DNA of 57,870 nucleotides, from assembly GCA_041658645.1 (NCBI GenBank), contig JBAZZV010000010.1:1-57870 (forward strand), given 5' to 3'. The notes under the pieces were generated by a model. That model was not told the DNA's origin, searched no databases, and worked only from the letters and a program-made list of their open reading frames with translations. Positions 9,302 to 20,429 of this stretch are shown here, in pieces (positions within the stretch are counted from its first letter, which is position 1; each line of letters starts with the position of its first letter). Position numbers and translations under genes: made by a program. The DNA comes from Candidatus Margulisiibacteriota bacterium (lineage in GTDB: Bacteria; Margulisbacteria; WOR-1; O2-12-FULL-45-9; XYB2-FULL-48-7).

Positions 9302-9856
9302 CTAACTGCCCAATAACCTATCGAGTATTATAGCACAAGCCGAGCGGACTGACAAATGGTTATACTCGCCCGGACCACAAATGGGGGGCAATACGTGGTC
9401 AACTTTGGTAAATACTTCTTCCGCCAAGCCCCAGCCAGTGCCAAAAAGCAAAAGGTATGGATTATTTGATGTTTTGATCTCCGAACTCAGTCCTCCGAAC
9501 TCAATACTCCCTCTTGGTTTGGCCGAGGTGGCGATGATCTTCGGCCGCCGCCCTTCGGCGGCCGCGATCTCCTCGATCACTTCTTCCAGGTCAGCTTTGA
9601 TCGAGATCAGCCGGAACGCCTCCACCCGGGTCCAGTTAAATTCCAGGCTCGTTTCGTCCATCCAAAATTCAAAGATCCGCTGGGCGAACGCCCTTTGGGC
9701 CGGCATAGGATTGACCACATAATACTTTTTTACCCCAAAAGTTACCGACGAACGGGCGATGTCGTGCAGGTCAAAGCCGGTCACACAGGTCGTGACTATG
9801 TCGCCATTTTTGTTATAGACCGGGTGATGTAATAAGGCCAGATAGACGGCCGCCAT
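9302..9856 (-). CDS. putative small SPOUT-class (TrmL/TrmH-like) RNA methyltransferase
   Basis: LLLFGTGWGLAEEV and GEYNHLSVRSACAIILDRL resemble SPOUT motifs 2 and 3. It sits where rimM normally lies between trmD and rplS. Weak call. Confidence 0.35.
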   Translation of the reverse strand: MAAVYLALLHHPVYNKNGDIVTTCVTGFDLHDIARSSVTFGVKKYYVVNPMPAQRAFAQRIFEFWMDETSLEFNWTRVEAFRLISIKADLEEVIEEIAAAEGRRPKIIATSAKPRGSIEFGGLSSEIKTSNNPYLLLFGTGWGLAEEVFTKVDHVLPPICGPGEYNHLSVRSACAIILDRLLGS

Positions 9857-9857
9857 G

Positions 9858-10580
9858 TTAGTTTCTCTGGACGATCTCGGCCAGCATGAGCCGGTCTTGA
9901 TCGCTCAACTCTCCCCTGGCCAGCAGGTCCGGCCGGCGTTCCAACGTCCGTTTCAACGATTCCTTACGGCGCCACTTTTCGATCTCCGCATGATGGCCGG
10001 AGAGCAGGACTTCGGGGACTTTTTTCCCCTCGAACTCTTCGGGTTTGGTATAGCTCGGATAGTCGAGCAAACCATCGTGGAATGAATCACGCTGGACCGA
10101 TTCTTCTTCTTTGACCACCCCGGGGAGATAGCGGGCGACCGCGTCGGTCAAAACCAGGGCGGGCAGTTCCCCGCCGGTCAAGACATAATCACCGATCGAA
10201 AGCTCTTCGTCCACCAACCCCCGGACCCGCTCGTCAACCCCTTCATAATGCCCGCAGAGGAGGACCAGGTGTTCCGCTTTGGCCAGCTCTTTGATCTTAG
10301 CCTGGGTTAGGGTCTGGCCAGTTGGGCAAAGCAAGATGACCCTGGTCCCTGGTCCCTGGACCCTGGCCACTGCTTTCGCGATCGGCTCAACTTTCATGAC
10401 CATCCCCGGCCCGCCCCCATAGGGCGAATCATCGGCGGTCTTGTGTTTGTCTGAAGTAAAATCGCGCAGGTCGACCAGGTTAACGGTCAAGAGCCCTTTA
10501 TCCCGGGCTTTTTTCAGCAGGCTGGCATCAAGCGCCCCCCGGAGCATCTCCGGGAAGAGGGTGAGGATATCGATTAGCAC
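9858..10580 (-). CDS. trmD: tRNA (guanine37-N1)-methyltransferase
   Basis: MLIDILTLFPEM...DDSPYGGGPGMVMKVEPI...YTKPEEF. Confidence 0.9.
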   Translation of the reverse strand: MLIDILTLFPEMLRGALDASLLKKARDKGLLTVNLVDLRDFTSDKHKTADDSPYGGGPGMVMKVEPIAKAVARVQGPGTRVILLCPTGQTLTQAKIKELAKAEHLVLLCGHYEGVDERVRGLVDEELSIGDYVLTGGELPALVLTDAVARYLPGVVKEEESVQRDSFHDGLLDYPSYTKPEEFEGKKVPEVLLSGHHAEIEKWRRKESLKRTLERRPDLLARGELSDQDRLMLAEIVQRN

Positions 10581-10611
10581 AACTTCAAACGTCCAACTTC
10601 AAAGAACGCGG

Positions 10612-11034
10612 TTAGAGGCCGCGGATCTCTTGGATGATCCCGTCTTTGACCACGATCTCGGCGCCGCCCACCTTTTTATAAAGGTTGTCGCCGACGGCCA
10701 CATTGACCGGGCCCTCCAGCGGGCCCTGGACGAACTCGGAGCCGATTTGGAGGCGTTTAGACTCTTCCGTCTTCATCATTAAGTCGGAGCGGGAAGCCGC
10801 CTGGCGGTTTTTCTCTTCGTCGAACTGGTGCTTGAAAGCGGCCGCCTTCTGCATCAACCCTTTCTTTTTGAGGTCTTCCAGATAAGTCTTACCCTGCATC
10901 TCCATCTGGTTCAGCTGGCCATCGAGGTTGGCGATCGCTCGCTCCAACTCCTTGCTCAAGTTTTCCTTGAACGCCTCGGTCACGATCGCTTTCACCATAA
11001 CTATTCTTTTTAATTCGAGTGATTTTTCTGCCAT
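10612..11034 (-). CDS. ylqD: YlqD family protein
   Basis: 140-aa charged coiled-coil protein between the KH protein and trmD, as in the Bacillus rpsP-ylqC-ylqD-rimM-trmD operon. Confidence 0.5.
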   Translation of the reverse strand: MAEKSLELKRIVMVKAIVTEAFKENLSKELERAIANLDGQLNQMEMQGKTYLEDLKKKGLMQKAAAFKHQFDEEKNRQAASRSDLMMKTEESKRLQIGSEFVQGPLEGPVNVAVGDNLYKKVGGAEIVVKDGIIQEIRGL

Positions 11035-11051
11035 TTTATTACCTCCTAGGG

Positions 11052-11291
11052 TTATCTATCTTCGGTCAATATCTCGACCGATATTTTCTTTTGTTGTTTG
11101 GCGGCGGCGGCTTTGATGATGTTGCGGATGGAATTGATGATCCGGCCTTCCCGGCCGATCACTTTACCAGCATCTTCCGGCGCGGTCTTGATCTCGATGA
11201 TAGTGGCCAGTTCGCCCTGGGCCTCATTGACGCTCACGGCTTCGGGTTTATCGACCAGTGTTTTGACGATGTATTCGACCAGCTCTCTCAT
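11052..11291 (-). CDS. KH domain RNA-binding protein (YlqC/UPF0109)
   Basis: LVEYIVKTLVDKPEAVSVNE...TIIEIKTAPEDAGKVIGREGRIINSIRNIIKAAA. Confidence 0.85.
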   Translation of the reverse strand: MRELVEYIVKTLVDKPEAVSVNEAQGELATIIEIKTAPEDAGKVIGREGRIINSIRNIIKAAAAKQQKKISVEILTEDR

Positions 11292-11303
11292 GGCAGCTTC
11301 TCC

Positions 11304-11639
11304 TTAACTCGCCGGCACGGCCGCCGGGGGAGTGTTCTCGACCGGGGCCGGTTCACCCTTCTTTTTTCGTTTGGGGAGCGCCGCCAGGTCCATCGGCGGC
11401 AGGATCCCGGCTTTACCGAAGAGGATGCGGACTTTATCGGTCGGCATGGCCCCTTTCTTGATCCAGGCGAGGGCTTGCTCCTTATCCACCTTGAATACGG
11501 TCGGCTCGCTCAACGGCTGATATTGCCCCAGGATCTCGATCACCCGGCTGCTCGGCGTGGCCGATTCATCCTGGACCACAACCCGATAGAACGGGCGGTT
11601 CTTCGTGCCGACTCTTTGTAATTTGATCTTGGCTGCCAT
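11304..11639 (-). CDS. rpsP: 30S ribosomal protein S16
   Basis: MAAKIKLQRVGTKNRPFYRVVVQDE... Confidence 0.9.
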   Translation of the reverse strand: MAAKIKLQRVGTKNRPFYRVVVQDESATPSSRVIEILGQYQPLSEPTVFKVDKEQALAWIKKGAMPTDKVRILFGKAGILPPMDLAALPKRKKKGEPAPVENTPPAAVPAS

Positions 11640-11651
11640 AACCAGGGAATA

Positions 11652-12695
11652 TTATATCACAGCGAGGCGTTTTTGGTAAGAGGTAATTTTCTCGCTTAAT
11701 TCAGCGACCGTATCCGAGCCGAATTTCTCCAGCAGGGCGCTAGCGATCTCCAGGGCGACCACCGCCTCGCCGATGACCGCGGCCGCCTCGACCGCGCAGA
11801 CGTCAGCCCGCTCGATATGGGCCGGGGAAGGTTTTTTGGAAGCCAGGTCGACCGATTGGAGCGGTTTGCCCAAGGTAGCGATCGGTTTCATCGCCGCCCG
11901 GATGACGATCGGTTCACCGTTCGACATGCCACCCTCCAAGCCGCCGGCCTGATTGGTCTTATGATAAAACCCCCTACCCTTATCATAGAAGATCTCATCA
12001 TGGGCCCGGGACCCGGGGAGACCAGCCAGGGCAAAACCAGTCCCGATCTCGACCCCCTTGACCGCCGGGATCGCCATGACGGCCCGGGCCAGGTTGCCGT
12101 CCAGCCGCCTGTCCCAGTGGACATAACTCCCCAAACCGGCCGGCACCCCGCTCACCGTCACCTCAAAAAGGCCGCCAAGCGAGTCGCCGACCGCTTTGGC
12201 CTGGTCGATCATTTTTTCCCATTCGGCTTGTTTTGTCGCGCCGCCGATCGCCATGACCCGGCTGGTAACCTTGATCCGCACCTCGGCCAGGAGTTTCCTG
12301 GCGATCGCCCCCACCGCCACCCGAACAGCTGTTTCCCGGGCGGAAGCGCGCTCGAGTATATTGCGGATATCTTTCTGTTCGTATTTTAAGGCGCCGGGGA
12401 GATCGGCATGGCCGGGGCGAAGCTGGGTGATCGCTTGTTCGAACAGTTCAGTGCTTTTATTAGGTATAAGGATGGCAATGGGACTCCCGATGGTTTTCCC
12501 CTGACGGACACCGGAAAGTATCTCCGCCCGGTCGGTCTCGAGCTTCATCCTGGCACCCCGGCCATAACCTTGCTGGCGCCGGGCCAGATCGGGATCGAGG
12601 TCGGCCGCGCTAAGCGCCAGATGGGCCGGACACCCTTCCAGGATGGCCACTAAGGCTTTGCCGTGCGATTCTCCCGCGGTCAAAAAACGCAACAT
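11652..12695 (-). CDS. aroC: chorismate synthase (start at internal [13 protein letters not shown])
   Basis: [24 protein letters not shown]...[12 protein letters not shown] motifs. The ORF track extends to 12911, but the conserved N-terminus begins at 12695. A TATAAT box lies 9 nt upstream of the ATG. Confidence 0.9.
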   Translation of the reverse strand: MLRFLTAGESHGKALVAILEGCPAHLALSAADLDPDLARRQQGYGRGARMKLETDRAEILSGVRQGKTIGSPIAILIPNKSTELFEQAITQLRPGHADLPGALKYEQKDIRNILERASARETAVRVAVGAIARKLLAEVRIKVTSRVMAIGGATKQAEWEKMIDQAKAVGDSLGGLFEVTVSGVPAGLGSYVHWDRRLDGNLARAVMAIPAVKGVEIGTGFALAGLPGSRAHDEIFYDKGRGFYHKTNQAGGLEGGMSNGEPIVIRAAMKPIATLGKPLQSVDLASKKPSPAHIERADVCAVEAAAVIGEAVVALEIASALLEKFGSDTVAELSEKITSYQKRLAVI

Positions 12696-12776
12696 TGTGG
12701 GGGAATTATAACACGGGGAAAGGGCACAGGCAAACCAAAAGCTTTTACCAATATCTCGTGCTATAATAAATATTGT

Positions 12777-13106
12777 ATGACGCGGCTGGCTAATTATATC
12801 GAGAAGGTCGACTTGCCGGACAAAACCTTTGTCGGCACGATCGCTTTCCGGAGCGAAGAGCTGACCCTCCCCGACGGGAGTAAAATGGCCCTCGGCATAG
12901 ACGACAGCCATTGGATCCTGGTCTACCAGGAAAAACCAGGGTCAGCTTTCCAGGTCTACGAATGTGACTGGCCGGAGAGGAAGATCGTCGTAGACAAAAA
13001 GAGCGGCGGCGAACACGATCTGGCCCGTTTTAAAAAGCTGGTCCAGTACTTTTTCGCTCATTCGCAGGTCGAGGATCTGGTCACAATCCTGCCGCCACAA
13101 GGATAA
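12777..13106 (+). CDS. hypothetical protein ([27 protein letters not shown]...)
   Basis: Internal Met of track ORF 12663..13106, with a TATAAT box 9 nt upstream. No recognisable family. Confidence 0.35.
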   Translation: MTRLANYIEKVDLPDKTFVGTIAFRSEELTLPDGSKMALGIDDSHWILVYQEKPGSAFQVYECDWPERKIVVDKKSGGEHDLARFKKLVQYFFAHSQVEDLVTILPPQG

Positions 13107-13110
13107 ACAT

Positions 13111-13347
13111 ATGAAAGAAATACACGGTCTCGGCGCTTTCGGCATCGCCCCTTTTATGAGCGATGACCTGCTCAAGCAGGCTAAATATGCCAACATCAAG
13201 AGCCGGGCCGGCAAGATGGCTTATTTAGCCGCCCTGGGCGAGAGGGCCCCTAAGCCCGAGATCAGAGCGGGGGTCCATGAGGCGGGCGGCGCGCTCAAGT
13301 GGATCGCCGACCAACTGTCAAAGGAGGAAAAGTCAGATGAGGAGTGA
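13111..13347 (+). CDS. small hypothetical protein
   Basis: 78-aa ORF between the previous CDS and ilvD. Its end overlaps the ilvD start. Confidence 0.3.
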   Translation: MKEIHGLGAFGIAPFMSDDLLKQAKYANIKSRAGKMAYLAALGERAPKPEIRAGVHEAGGALKWIADQLSKEEKSDEE

Positions 13348-14989
13348 TGCGTTAAAGAAGAAAGCCCCGATCCGGGCCTTGCTCCATGCGACTGGGGTTT
13401 CTAGTGAAGAGATGGGCAAGCCGTTCATTGGCCTCGCTTCAAGTTTTACCGACCTCGTCCCCGGCCATGTCGATATGCGCTCTCTCGAGCGGGTGATCGA
13501 GAAAGGGATCCACGCCGGCGGCGGAGTCTCCTTCACTTTTGGCCTGCCGGCGATCTGCGACGGCATCGCCATGGGACACAAAGGAATGTACTATTCCCTC
13601 CCTTCGCGCGAGTTGATCGCTGACACGATCGAGTCGGTCACCGAAGCGCACCAGCTCGACGGGCTGGTCCTCCTGACCGCTTGCGACAAGATCACTCCCG
13701 GAATGCTGATGGCCGCGGCCCGCTTGAACGTTCCGACGATCATCGTCACCGCCGGGCCGATGCTGGCCGGTTGTTATAAAATGACCCGGCTCGACCTGGT
13801 CCACGACACGTTTGAGGCGGAAGCGGCTTACAAACAGGGGAAGATCAGTAAAAAAGAACTCGATAATCTCGTGCTGAACGCCTGCCCGGGGGCCGGCTCC
13901 TGCTCCGGCATGTTCACCGCCAACACCATGGCCTGCGCGACCGAAGCGATGGGCATGTCACTCCCCTACTGCGGCACTTCGCTCGCCGTCTCCTCCAAGA
14001 AAAAGATGATCGCTTACGAAAGCGGCAAGAAGGTCGTCTGGCTGGTCAAGAAAAACATCACGCCAAGAAAGATCATGAACCTGAAAGCTTTTATGAATGC
14101 CATCCGGCTCGACATGGCGCTCGGCGGCTCGACCAACGCGGTCCTCCATTTGACCGCTATCGCCCATGAAGCGGGGATCGCTCTGCCGCTCGACCTGTTC
14201 GACCAGATCAGCCGGGCGACGCCGCATATTGCCAGCATCCGGCCCGGCGGCAACCACTTTATGGAAGATCTGGAGAACGCCGGCGGGGTGCCGGGAGCGC
14301 TCCACACGCTCGGCAAGTTGATCGTCAACAATCCGACCGTTTCCGGTTTGACGATCAAGCAGATCGCCGCCGCCGGCGAGGTCTTTGACCGCGAAATAAT
14401 CCGCCCCCTCTCGAACCCCTACCACAAACAGGGGAGCTTGGCCATCCTGACGGGGAATCTCGCGCCACAAGGCGGGGTCGTCAAACAGACCGCTGTCTCT
14501 GCCAAAATGATGAAACATAGCGGCCCGGCCAAGGTCTTTGACTCCGAAGATGCCGCCCAAAAAGCGATCCTCGCCGGCAAGGTTAAACATGGTGACGTGG
14601 TAGTCATCAGATACGAAGGGCCAAAAGGCGGCCCGGGGATGCGGGAGATGCTCTACCCGACTTCGACCATCGCCGGGATGGGATTGGCGGAATCGGTCGC
14701 GCTGATAACTGACGGGAGATTCTCCGGCGGCACCCGCGGACCATGCATCGGTCACGTCTCGCCCGAAGCAGCCGAAGGCGGTCCGATCGCGATAATTAAA
14801 AATGGGGATATCATCGACATCGATATCCCGAACAGGAAACTGCATGTCCGGTTGAGTACGAGCGAGATCGAAGCGCGGTTGGCTCACTGGAAAGCGCCCA
14901 AACCGAGATTCACTACCGGCTGGCTGGCGCGGTACCAGCAAATGGTCACTTCGGCCAGCACGGGCGCGGTTTTGAAATCTGGCCTATAA
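13337..14989 (+). CDS. ilvD: dihydroxy-acid dehydratase
   Basis: [20 protein letters not shown]...CDGIAMGH...[25 protein letters not shown] before ATG 13337. Confidence 0.9.
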   Translation: MRSDALKKKAPIRALLHATGVSSEEMGKPFIGLASSFTDLVPGHVDMRSLERVIEKGIHAGGGVSFTFGLPAICDGIAMGHKGMYYSLPSRELIADTIESVTEAHQLDGLVLLTACDKITPGMLMAAARLNVPTIIVTAGPMLAGCYKMTRLDLVHDTFEAEAAYKQGKISKKELDNLVLNACPGAGSCSGMFTANTMACATEAMGMSLPYCGTSLAVSSKKKMIAYESGKKVVWLVKKNITPRKIMNLKAFMNAIRLDMALGGSTNAVLHLTAIAHEAGIALPLDLFDQISRATPHIASIRPGGNHFMEDLENAGGVPGALHTLGKLIVNNPTVSGLTIKQIAAAGEVFDREIIRPLSNPYHKQGSLAILTGNLAPQGGVVKQTAVSAKMMKHSGPAKVFDSEDAAQKAILAGKVKHGDVVVIRYEGPKGGPGMREMLYPTSTIAGMGLAESVALITDGRFSGGTRGPCIGHVSPEAAEGGPIAIIKNGDIIDIDIPNRKLHVRLSTSEIEARLAHWKAPKPRFTTGWLARYQQMVTSASTGAVLKSGL

Positions 14990-15009
14990 TCTGTTAAAAT
15001 TTATATAAT

Positions 15010-16686
15010 ATGCAATTGACTGGCGCGCAAGCATTGCTTGAATCGTTAAAAAATGAAGGGGTCGATATTATTTTCGGCTACCCCGGCGGGGTGGTCCTTC
15101 CCCTTTATGACGCTATGTATTCCTTCAAGGATATTAAGCATATCCTGGTCCGCCACGAACAAGGGGCCGCCCACGCGGCCGACGGTTACGCCCGGGCAAC
15201 CGGCAAAGTCGGCGTTTGCCTGGCGACTTCAGGTCCCGGGGCGACGAATTTAGTCACCGGCATCGCCAACGCCCACATGGATTCGATCCCGATGGTGGCG
15301 ATCACCGGCCAGGTAGCGACCTCGCTCCTCGGCCGCGATTCCTTCCAGGAAGCCGACGTGACCGGTATCACCATGCCGATCTCCAAGCATAACTACCTGA
15401 TCAAAAAGACCGAAGACCTGCCGCGGATCATTAAAGAAGCGTTCCATATCGCCCGGAGCGGCCGGCCGGGCCCGGTCGTGGTCGATATTCCAAAAGACGT
15501 TTTTGTCAATAAGATCGATTATAAATATCCGGATAAGGTCGATATTCCGAGCTACAAGCCGCGGACCGAGGGCCATCCGAAACAGATCGCCCTGGCGGTC
15601 AAGGCGATCCAGGCGGCCAGACAGCCGATCATTTACGCCGGCGGCGGCGTGATCGCGGCGGACGCGGCCAAAGAGTTGAAAGAATTAGCCGAAAAGTGCA
15701 ATCTGCCGGTGACTACTACCCTGATGGGCCTCGGCGGCTTTCCGGAAACGCATGAACTCTCCATGGGGATGCTCGGGATGCACGGCACCGCTTACGCCAA
15801 TTACGCCGTGACCGAATGTGATCTTTTAATCGGCATCGGCGCCCGCTTTGACGACCGGGTGACCGGCCACATCGAGAAATTCGCTCCTAAAGCCCGGATC
15901 ATCCACATCGACATCGATCCGGCCGAGATCGGCAAGAATGTCCGGGTCGACATCCCGATCGTCGGCGACGTCAAGCGGGTCCTGCGCGCCCTGCTCGACA
16001 AAGTCGGGCCGAAGGAAAAGCACGCGCCGTGGGTCGAGACGATCGCCGAGTGGAAAAAGAAATATCCCCTCGCCTACAAGATGGACGACGTGATCAAGCC
16101 GCAGTATGTGATCGAACAGACCCACGAACTGACCAGGGACCGCGACACGATCATCGTGACCGAGGTCGGCCAGCACCAGATGTGGGCGGCCATGTTCTAT
16201 AAGTACACCAAGCCGCGGAGTTGGATCTCGTCCGGCGGGCTCGGGACGATGGGTTTTGGCCTCCCCGCCGCCAACGGCGCCCAGTTCGGCCGCCCCGACG
16301 CCCTGGTCATCGACTTTGCCGGCGACGGTTCGATCCAGATGAATATCCAGGAGCTGACGACTGCGGTCAACAACCGGCTGCCGATCAAAATATTCGTGCT
16401 CAACAACAGCTTCCTTGGCATGGTGCGGCAATGGCAGGAGCTGATCTATGACCGGCACTATTCGCACACCAATCTCTGCAACAATCCGGACCTGGTCAAG
16501 ATCGCGGAAGCCTACGGCGCGGTCGGGATGAGAGTGACCAAACCGTCCGAAGTCCGCGGGGCGATCGAAAAGGCCTTGGCCATCAACGACCGCCCTGTCC
16601 TGGTCGACTTTGTGGTCGCCAAAGAAGAGAACGTCTTCCCGTTCGTGCCGCCAGGCCAGGCGATCAACGAAATGATCATTGACTAA
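15010..16686 (+). CDS. ilvB: acetolactate synthase large subunit
   Basis: [27 protein letters not shown]...ThDP-binding [12 protein letters not shown]. Confidence 0.9.
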   Translation: MQLTGAQALLESLKNEGVDIIFGYPGGVVLPLYDAMYSFKDIKHILVRHEQGAAHAADGYARATGKVGVCLATSGPGATNLVTGIANAHMDSIPMVAITGQVATSLLGRDSFQEADVTGITMPISKHNYLIKKTEDLPRIIKEAFHIARSGRPGPVVVDIPKDVFVNKIDYKYPDKVDIPSYKPRTEGHPKQIALAVKAIQAARQPIIYAGGGVIAADAAKELKELAEKCNLPVTTTLMGLGGFPETHELSMGMLGMHGTAYANYAVTECDLLIGIGARFDDRVTGHIEKFAPKARIIHIDIDPAEIGKNVRVDIPIVGDVKRVLRALLDKVGPKEKHAPWVETIAEWKKKYPLAYKMDDVIKPQYVIEQTHELTRDRDTIIVTEVGQHQMWAAMFYKYTKPRSWISSGGLGTMGFGLPAANGAQFGRPDALVIDFAGDGSIQMNIQELTTAVNNRLPIKIFVLNNSFLGMVRQWQELIYDRHYSHTNLCNNPDLVKIAEAYGAVGMRVTKPSEVRGAIEKALAINDRPVLVDFVVAKEENVFPFVPPGQAINEMIID

Positions 16687-16687
16687 T

Positions 16688-17170
16688 ATGAAACACACAA
16701 TTAGCGTCATAGTAGAAAATAAGCCGGGGGTCCTCTCGCGGGTCAGCGGGCTGTTCAGCCGGCGGGGTTTTAACATTGAATCCCTGGCCGTCGGGATGAC
16801 GGAAGTTCCGACGATGTCGCGGATGACAATCGTTGTCGAAGGGGACGAAAAAGACCTGGAGCAGATCACCAAGCAGCTTTATAAGTTGATCGACACCTTG
16901 AAGGTGTTCGATCTGCCAGCGGATAAGTCGATCCAGAGTGAGTTGGTGCTGGCTAAAGTCGCCGCGAACGAAAAAACGCGGCCGGAGATCACCCAGATCT
17001 GCGAAATTTTCCGGGCCAAGATAGTCGATGTGGCGGAAACGTCGCTGACGCTCGAGTTGACCGGCGAAGAGAGCAAGGTGGAAGGGGCGATCAAGCTCCT
17101 CTCAAAATTCGGCATCAAGGAACTGGTCAGGACCGGCAAGATCGCGCTCCAACGCGGCAGCGCCGAGTAG
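16688..17170 (+). CDS. ilvN: acetolactate synthase small (regulatory) subunit
   Basis: MKHTISVIVENKPGVLSRVSGLFSRRGFNIESLAV is an ACT domain. The ATG lies 1 nt after the ilvB stop. Confidence 0.85.
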   Translation: MKHTISVIVENKPGVLSRVSGLFSRRGFNIESLAVGMTEVPTMSRMTIVVEGDEKDLEQITKQLYKLIDTLKVFDLPADKSIQSELVLAKVAANEKTRPEITQICEIFRAKIVDVAETSLTLELTGEESKVEGAIKLLSKFGIKELVRTGKIALQRGSAE

Positions 17171-17175
17171 TCGAG

Positions 17176-18246
17176 TTAGATTAATTCTCCGTTCATCATT
17201 ACCATTCTTGAAGAACCATCTGCATTTATAAAAGTGATGGTCGGATGCCACATCAAGCAGTCGCGATGGGTCCCTGATGTATTGGCACCTCCGAACTTTT
17301 TATTTCCTCCAGCTGCCTTGTGGGCGGTTCCCTTTATTTTTTCGTCAAACAGCATTTCACCGGTTTGAGGGAAATCAGCGACGCCGATCCCCAATTCTCC
17401 GATCACGGCGGCCTGCGGGTCGTCTTCCTTAAAGAAGGCATTTCGCAATCTTAACAGGAATTCGTCCGCCGATCGTGACGAGGATAAATAATCTATGCTG
17501 GAGATGCGGCCTCTAGAATAACCAAAGCGGATAGGGAATGCCGGGATGCCAAAGTCTCCGATCGTTCCATCTACTATGGCTACTCCTTCCGCGGAATCTT
17601 CAAGCGGAGCCCAATAGGCTTCACCCGGAGGCCAATTCCCAAAATCTCCGGGTTTATCGATCGTCAGTTCGCAATGAAGCGGCCGGTTGCCAATGCCCAG
17701 GAGCAGAGAGGTTCCAAGCTGGGTCGTGATCCTGGCTTCTCGCGCGCCGGCAAACGCGTCGCTTATTTTTTTCATTCTTTCCGCCATGATACCGTAATCC
17801 ACATCCCACAGAAGCGCTTCTTCAGTTATTCCCGGCGAATGCATTACGCGGCTTTGTTTTCCTATTGAAACTAGACTGTCTGGGACATCCGGGCAAAGTT
17901 CTTTTGATCCAATTTGATGGCCAAGCAGCTGGACCCTGAACGGTGTTTCCGGTTTCCCTTCGCTGGTCACTCCTCCGGTAAACGCATTGACGAACACATA
18001 AGGCCCGCCTTCCGACACGCTGGCTAAAAGCCTTTCAATCCCTCCGTTTTCAAACCGTCTTTCTCCTATATTATGAGCTCTGACACTATTGCCCAATTCT
18101 CCCGCCGCCGCCACAAAAGCGCTTCCAACGCCAGCCCTGGGAATATCATGGACAACAAAAACTTGTTCACCTTTTTGTATTTTTAAAGTATGCTGTAATA
18201 TCCCTCTCGCACTCGCGGTCAATCGGCTCATTGTGCCAACGCTCAT
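17176..18246 (-). CDS. probable M29-family (AmpS/PepS-like) aminopeptidase
   Basis: Length and motif pattern (…IGELGIGVADF…THRDCLMWHP…) resemble thermophilic aminopeptidases. Moderate confidence only. Confidence 0.5.
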   Translation of the reverse strand: MSVGTMSRLTASARGILQHTLKIQKGEQVFVVHDIPRAGVGSAFVAAAGELGNSVRAHNIGERRFENGGIERLLASVSEGGPYVFVNAFTGGVTSEGKPETPFRVQLLGHQIGSKELCPDVPDSLVSIGKQSRVMHSPGITEEALLWDVDYGIMAERMKKISDAFAGAREARITTQLGTSLLLGIGNRPLHCELTIDKPGDFGNWPPGEAYWAPLEDSAEGVAIVDGTIGDFGIPAFPIRFGYSRGRISSIDYLSSSRSADEFLLRLRNAFFKEDDPQAAVIGELGIGVADFPQTGEMLFDEKIKGTAHKAAGGNKKFGGANTSGTHRDCLMWHPTITFINADGSSRMVMMNGELI

Positions 18247-18272
18247 AATCTTTCCTCCATTTTAAATTTAAT

Positions 18273-18680
18273 TCAGGCTCCAACCTTATTAGTATCAGCC
18301 GGCAGCCCCATCTCCCCGCTTAAAAGCTTTTTTTGCAGATCTACGATCTTCCATTCGATAAATTCGTGAAGATCGTGCGGTTTAACCTTTGGGAACACCT
18401 GTTCCAGTATTTCCAGAGGTACTTTTATCCCAAGTTCGTCTTTTAAACGTTTAACCGCCGTCCGATCCAGCACCGCCGAGGTTCCCAGTTCGCTTTCTTT
18501 CTGGCCCATGCTCCAGTTATCTTCATAAAGCTTGGCGGCAACCCCCTGCTTTAGGCCGATCCCCTTCAGTTTATCGAGTTCGATCACTACCCGGGCAACA
18601 TTCGGGCGCACTCTTATTGATAATCCCCTCTCAATGAGCCTGTCTGTCCTTACTGGCGGAAATCTCTTAACTCCTTCCAT
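18273..18680 (-). CDS. hypothetical protein (start at MEGVKRFPPVRTDRLIERGL)
   Basis: Internal Met preceded by an AGGAGGAAAATAAAC RBS. No family recognised. Confidence 0.35.
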   Translation of the reverse strand: MEGVKRFPPVRTDRLIERGLSIRVRPNVARVVIELDKLKGIGLKQGVAAKLYEDNWSMGQKESELGTSAVLDRTAVKRLKDELGIKVPLEILEQVFPKVKPHDLHEFIEWKIVDLQKKLLSGEMGLPADTNKVGA

Positions 18681-18805
18681 GTTTATTTTCCTCCTGTTTA
18701 ATCGGCCTTGGCACTTTTGCTTCCAGTTTTTTATCGTGCTACAATATTCTCGTAGATTGGTCTGGAAAATTTCACTTAGATTGAAAATTGAGGAGGGCAA
18801 TTAAA

Positions 18806-19798
18806 ATGGCAAAAGTTTATTACGACAAGGACGCGGATCTCGGGTTATTGAAGGATAAGACGGTGGCGATCATCGGTTACGGGAACCAGGGAACGGCCCA
18901 GTCACAAAATTTACGGGATAGCGGCGTCAAAGTCATTATTGCCGAAGTCGAAGGGACGCCGAATTGGAAAGCGGCCCAGGAAGCCGGTTTTGAGGTCATG
19001 GACGCCAAATCGGCCGCCAAGGCGGGCGACATCATCCAGGTCCTGATCCCGGATGAGGTCCAGGGGGGAGTTTACAAGGAAGCGCTCAAGAAAGCGCTGA
19101 AAAAAGGGAAGACCTTGATGTTCTCCCACGGTTTTAATATCCACTTCCGGGCGATCAAGCCCCCCAAGGATGTCGATGTCATCATGGTCGCCCCCAAAGG
19201 TCCCGGCGCCATGGTCCGCAACACCTACGTTGACGGCGCCGGCGTCCCCTGCCTCATCGCCGTTTACCAGGACGCTTCCGGTAAAGCGAAAGAAACCGCC
19301 CTCGCCTACGCGAAAGGGATCGGCGGCACCCGTGCCGGCGTTTTCGAAACGACCTTCAAAGAAGAGGTCGAGACCGACCTCTTCGGCGAACAGACCGTCC
19401 TCTGCGGCGGCTGCACCGCGCTGATCAAAGCCGGGTTCGAGACGCTGGTCGAAGCCGGTTATCAGCCGGAAATGGCCTACTTTGAATGCTGCCACGAGCT
19501 GAAACTGATCGTCGACCTGATCTACAAGCAGGGGCTGCTCGGCATGCGCAAAGCGGTCAGCAACACCGCCGAATACGGCGATCTGACCGTCGGGCCCAAG
19601 ATCATCGACGAGAAGGTCAAGAAGCGGATGAAGAAAGCGCTCGACCGGATCCAGAACGGCGCCTTCGCCCGCGAGTTCATCAAGGAGAACAAGGAAGGGT
19701 GCAAAAACTTTAACGCCCTGCGCGAAAAAGACAAGAACCACCAGATCGAGAAGGTCGGCGGCGAGCTCCGCGGCATGATGCACTGGCTTAAGAAATGA
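18806..19798 (+). CDS. ilvC: ketol-acid reductoisomerase
   Basis: [29 protein letters not shown]... GAGGAGGG RBS. TACAAT box ~75 nt upstream. Confidence 0.9.
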   Translation: MAKVYYDKDADLGLLKDKTVAIIGYGNQGTAQSQNLRDSGVKVIIAEVEGTPNWKAAQEAGFEVMDAKSAAKAGDIIQVLIPDEVQGGVYKEALKKALKKGKTLMFSHGFNIHFRAIKPPKDVDVIMVAPKGPGAMVRNTYVDGAGVPCLIAVYQDASGKAKETALAYAKGIGGTRAGVFETTFKEEVETDLFGEQTVLCGGCTALIKAGFETLVEAGYQPEMAYFECCHELKLIVDLIYKQGLLGMRKAVSNTAEYGDLTVGPKIIDEKVKKRMKKALDRIQNGAFAREFIKENKEGCKNFNALREKDKNHQIEKVGGELRGMMHWLKK

Positions 19799-19826
19799 CG
19801 AATGACTAATGACGAATGACTAATTT

Positions 19827-20429
19827 ATGAATAACACACGTTGGGCCGTAGCCATATTATTGATCGGGGCGCTGCTGGTTGGATCGGCGGCGGAAGGGAA
19901 AAAGAAAATGAATAAACAGTATGCTGTCCTGGAAACATCACTGGGGAAGATAGTTTGCGAGCTGTTGCCGAAAGAAGCCCCGGCTACCGTCAAGAACTTT
20001 ATCGGACTGGCCAAAGGGGAACGCGGTTGGCTCGACCCAAAGACCCAGGAGATAGAGAAAAAGCCGTTGTACAACGGGACGATTTTCCACCGGGTCATTC
20101 CCGATTTCATGGTCCAGGGAGGAGACCCGCTCGGCAACGGAACGGGCGGACCGGGCTATAAGTTTGACGACGAGGCACCGCAAACCACCACTTTCGACAA
20201 GCCGGGCCGGCTGGCCATGGCCAACTCCGGACCGAACACCAACGGGAGCCAGTTTTTCATCACCATCGCCCCGACCCCCTGGCTCGACGGCAAGCACACC
20301 ATTTTCGGCCTGGTGGTCAAAGGACAGGATATCGCGGATAAGATCGCCACTGCCCCGCGTGACGAACGCGACCGGCCAAAGACGGAGATCGTTCTAAAGA
20401 AGGTCACTATCCTGGATAAGCTCCCTTGA
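19827..20429 (+). CDS. ppiB: peptidyl-prolyl cis-trans isomerase (cyclophilin type) with signal peptide
   Basis: FHRVIPDFMVQGGDP...GNGTGGPGYKFDDE...NSGPNTNGSQFFIT. Confidence 0.85.
   Translation: MNNTRWAVAILLIGALLVGSAAEGKKKMNKQYAVLETSLGKIVCELLPKEAPATVKNFIGLAKGERGWLDPKTQEIEKKPLYNGTIFHRVIPDFMVQGGDPLGNGTGGPGYKFDDEAPQTTTFDKPGRLAMANSGPNTNGSQFFITIAPTPWLDGKHTIFGLVVKGQDIADKIATAPRDERDRPKTEIVLKKVTILDKLP

Noticed and set aside
13958-16872. Long minus-strand ORFs (13958..14941, 15826..16872) opposite ilvD and ilvB
   Set aside because: These are typical high-GC antisense shadow ORFs. Their products are R/G/P-rich low-complexity with no RBS, while the plus-strand genes have clear conserved motifs.
19796-19825. 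Two tandem copies of tgacgaatgactaa just upstream of ppiB
   Set aside because: Only two copies in an intergenic spacer. Too short to call a functional repeat and no evident structure.
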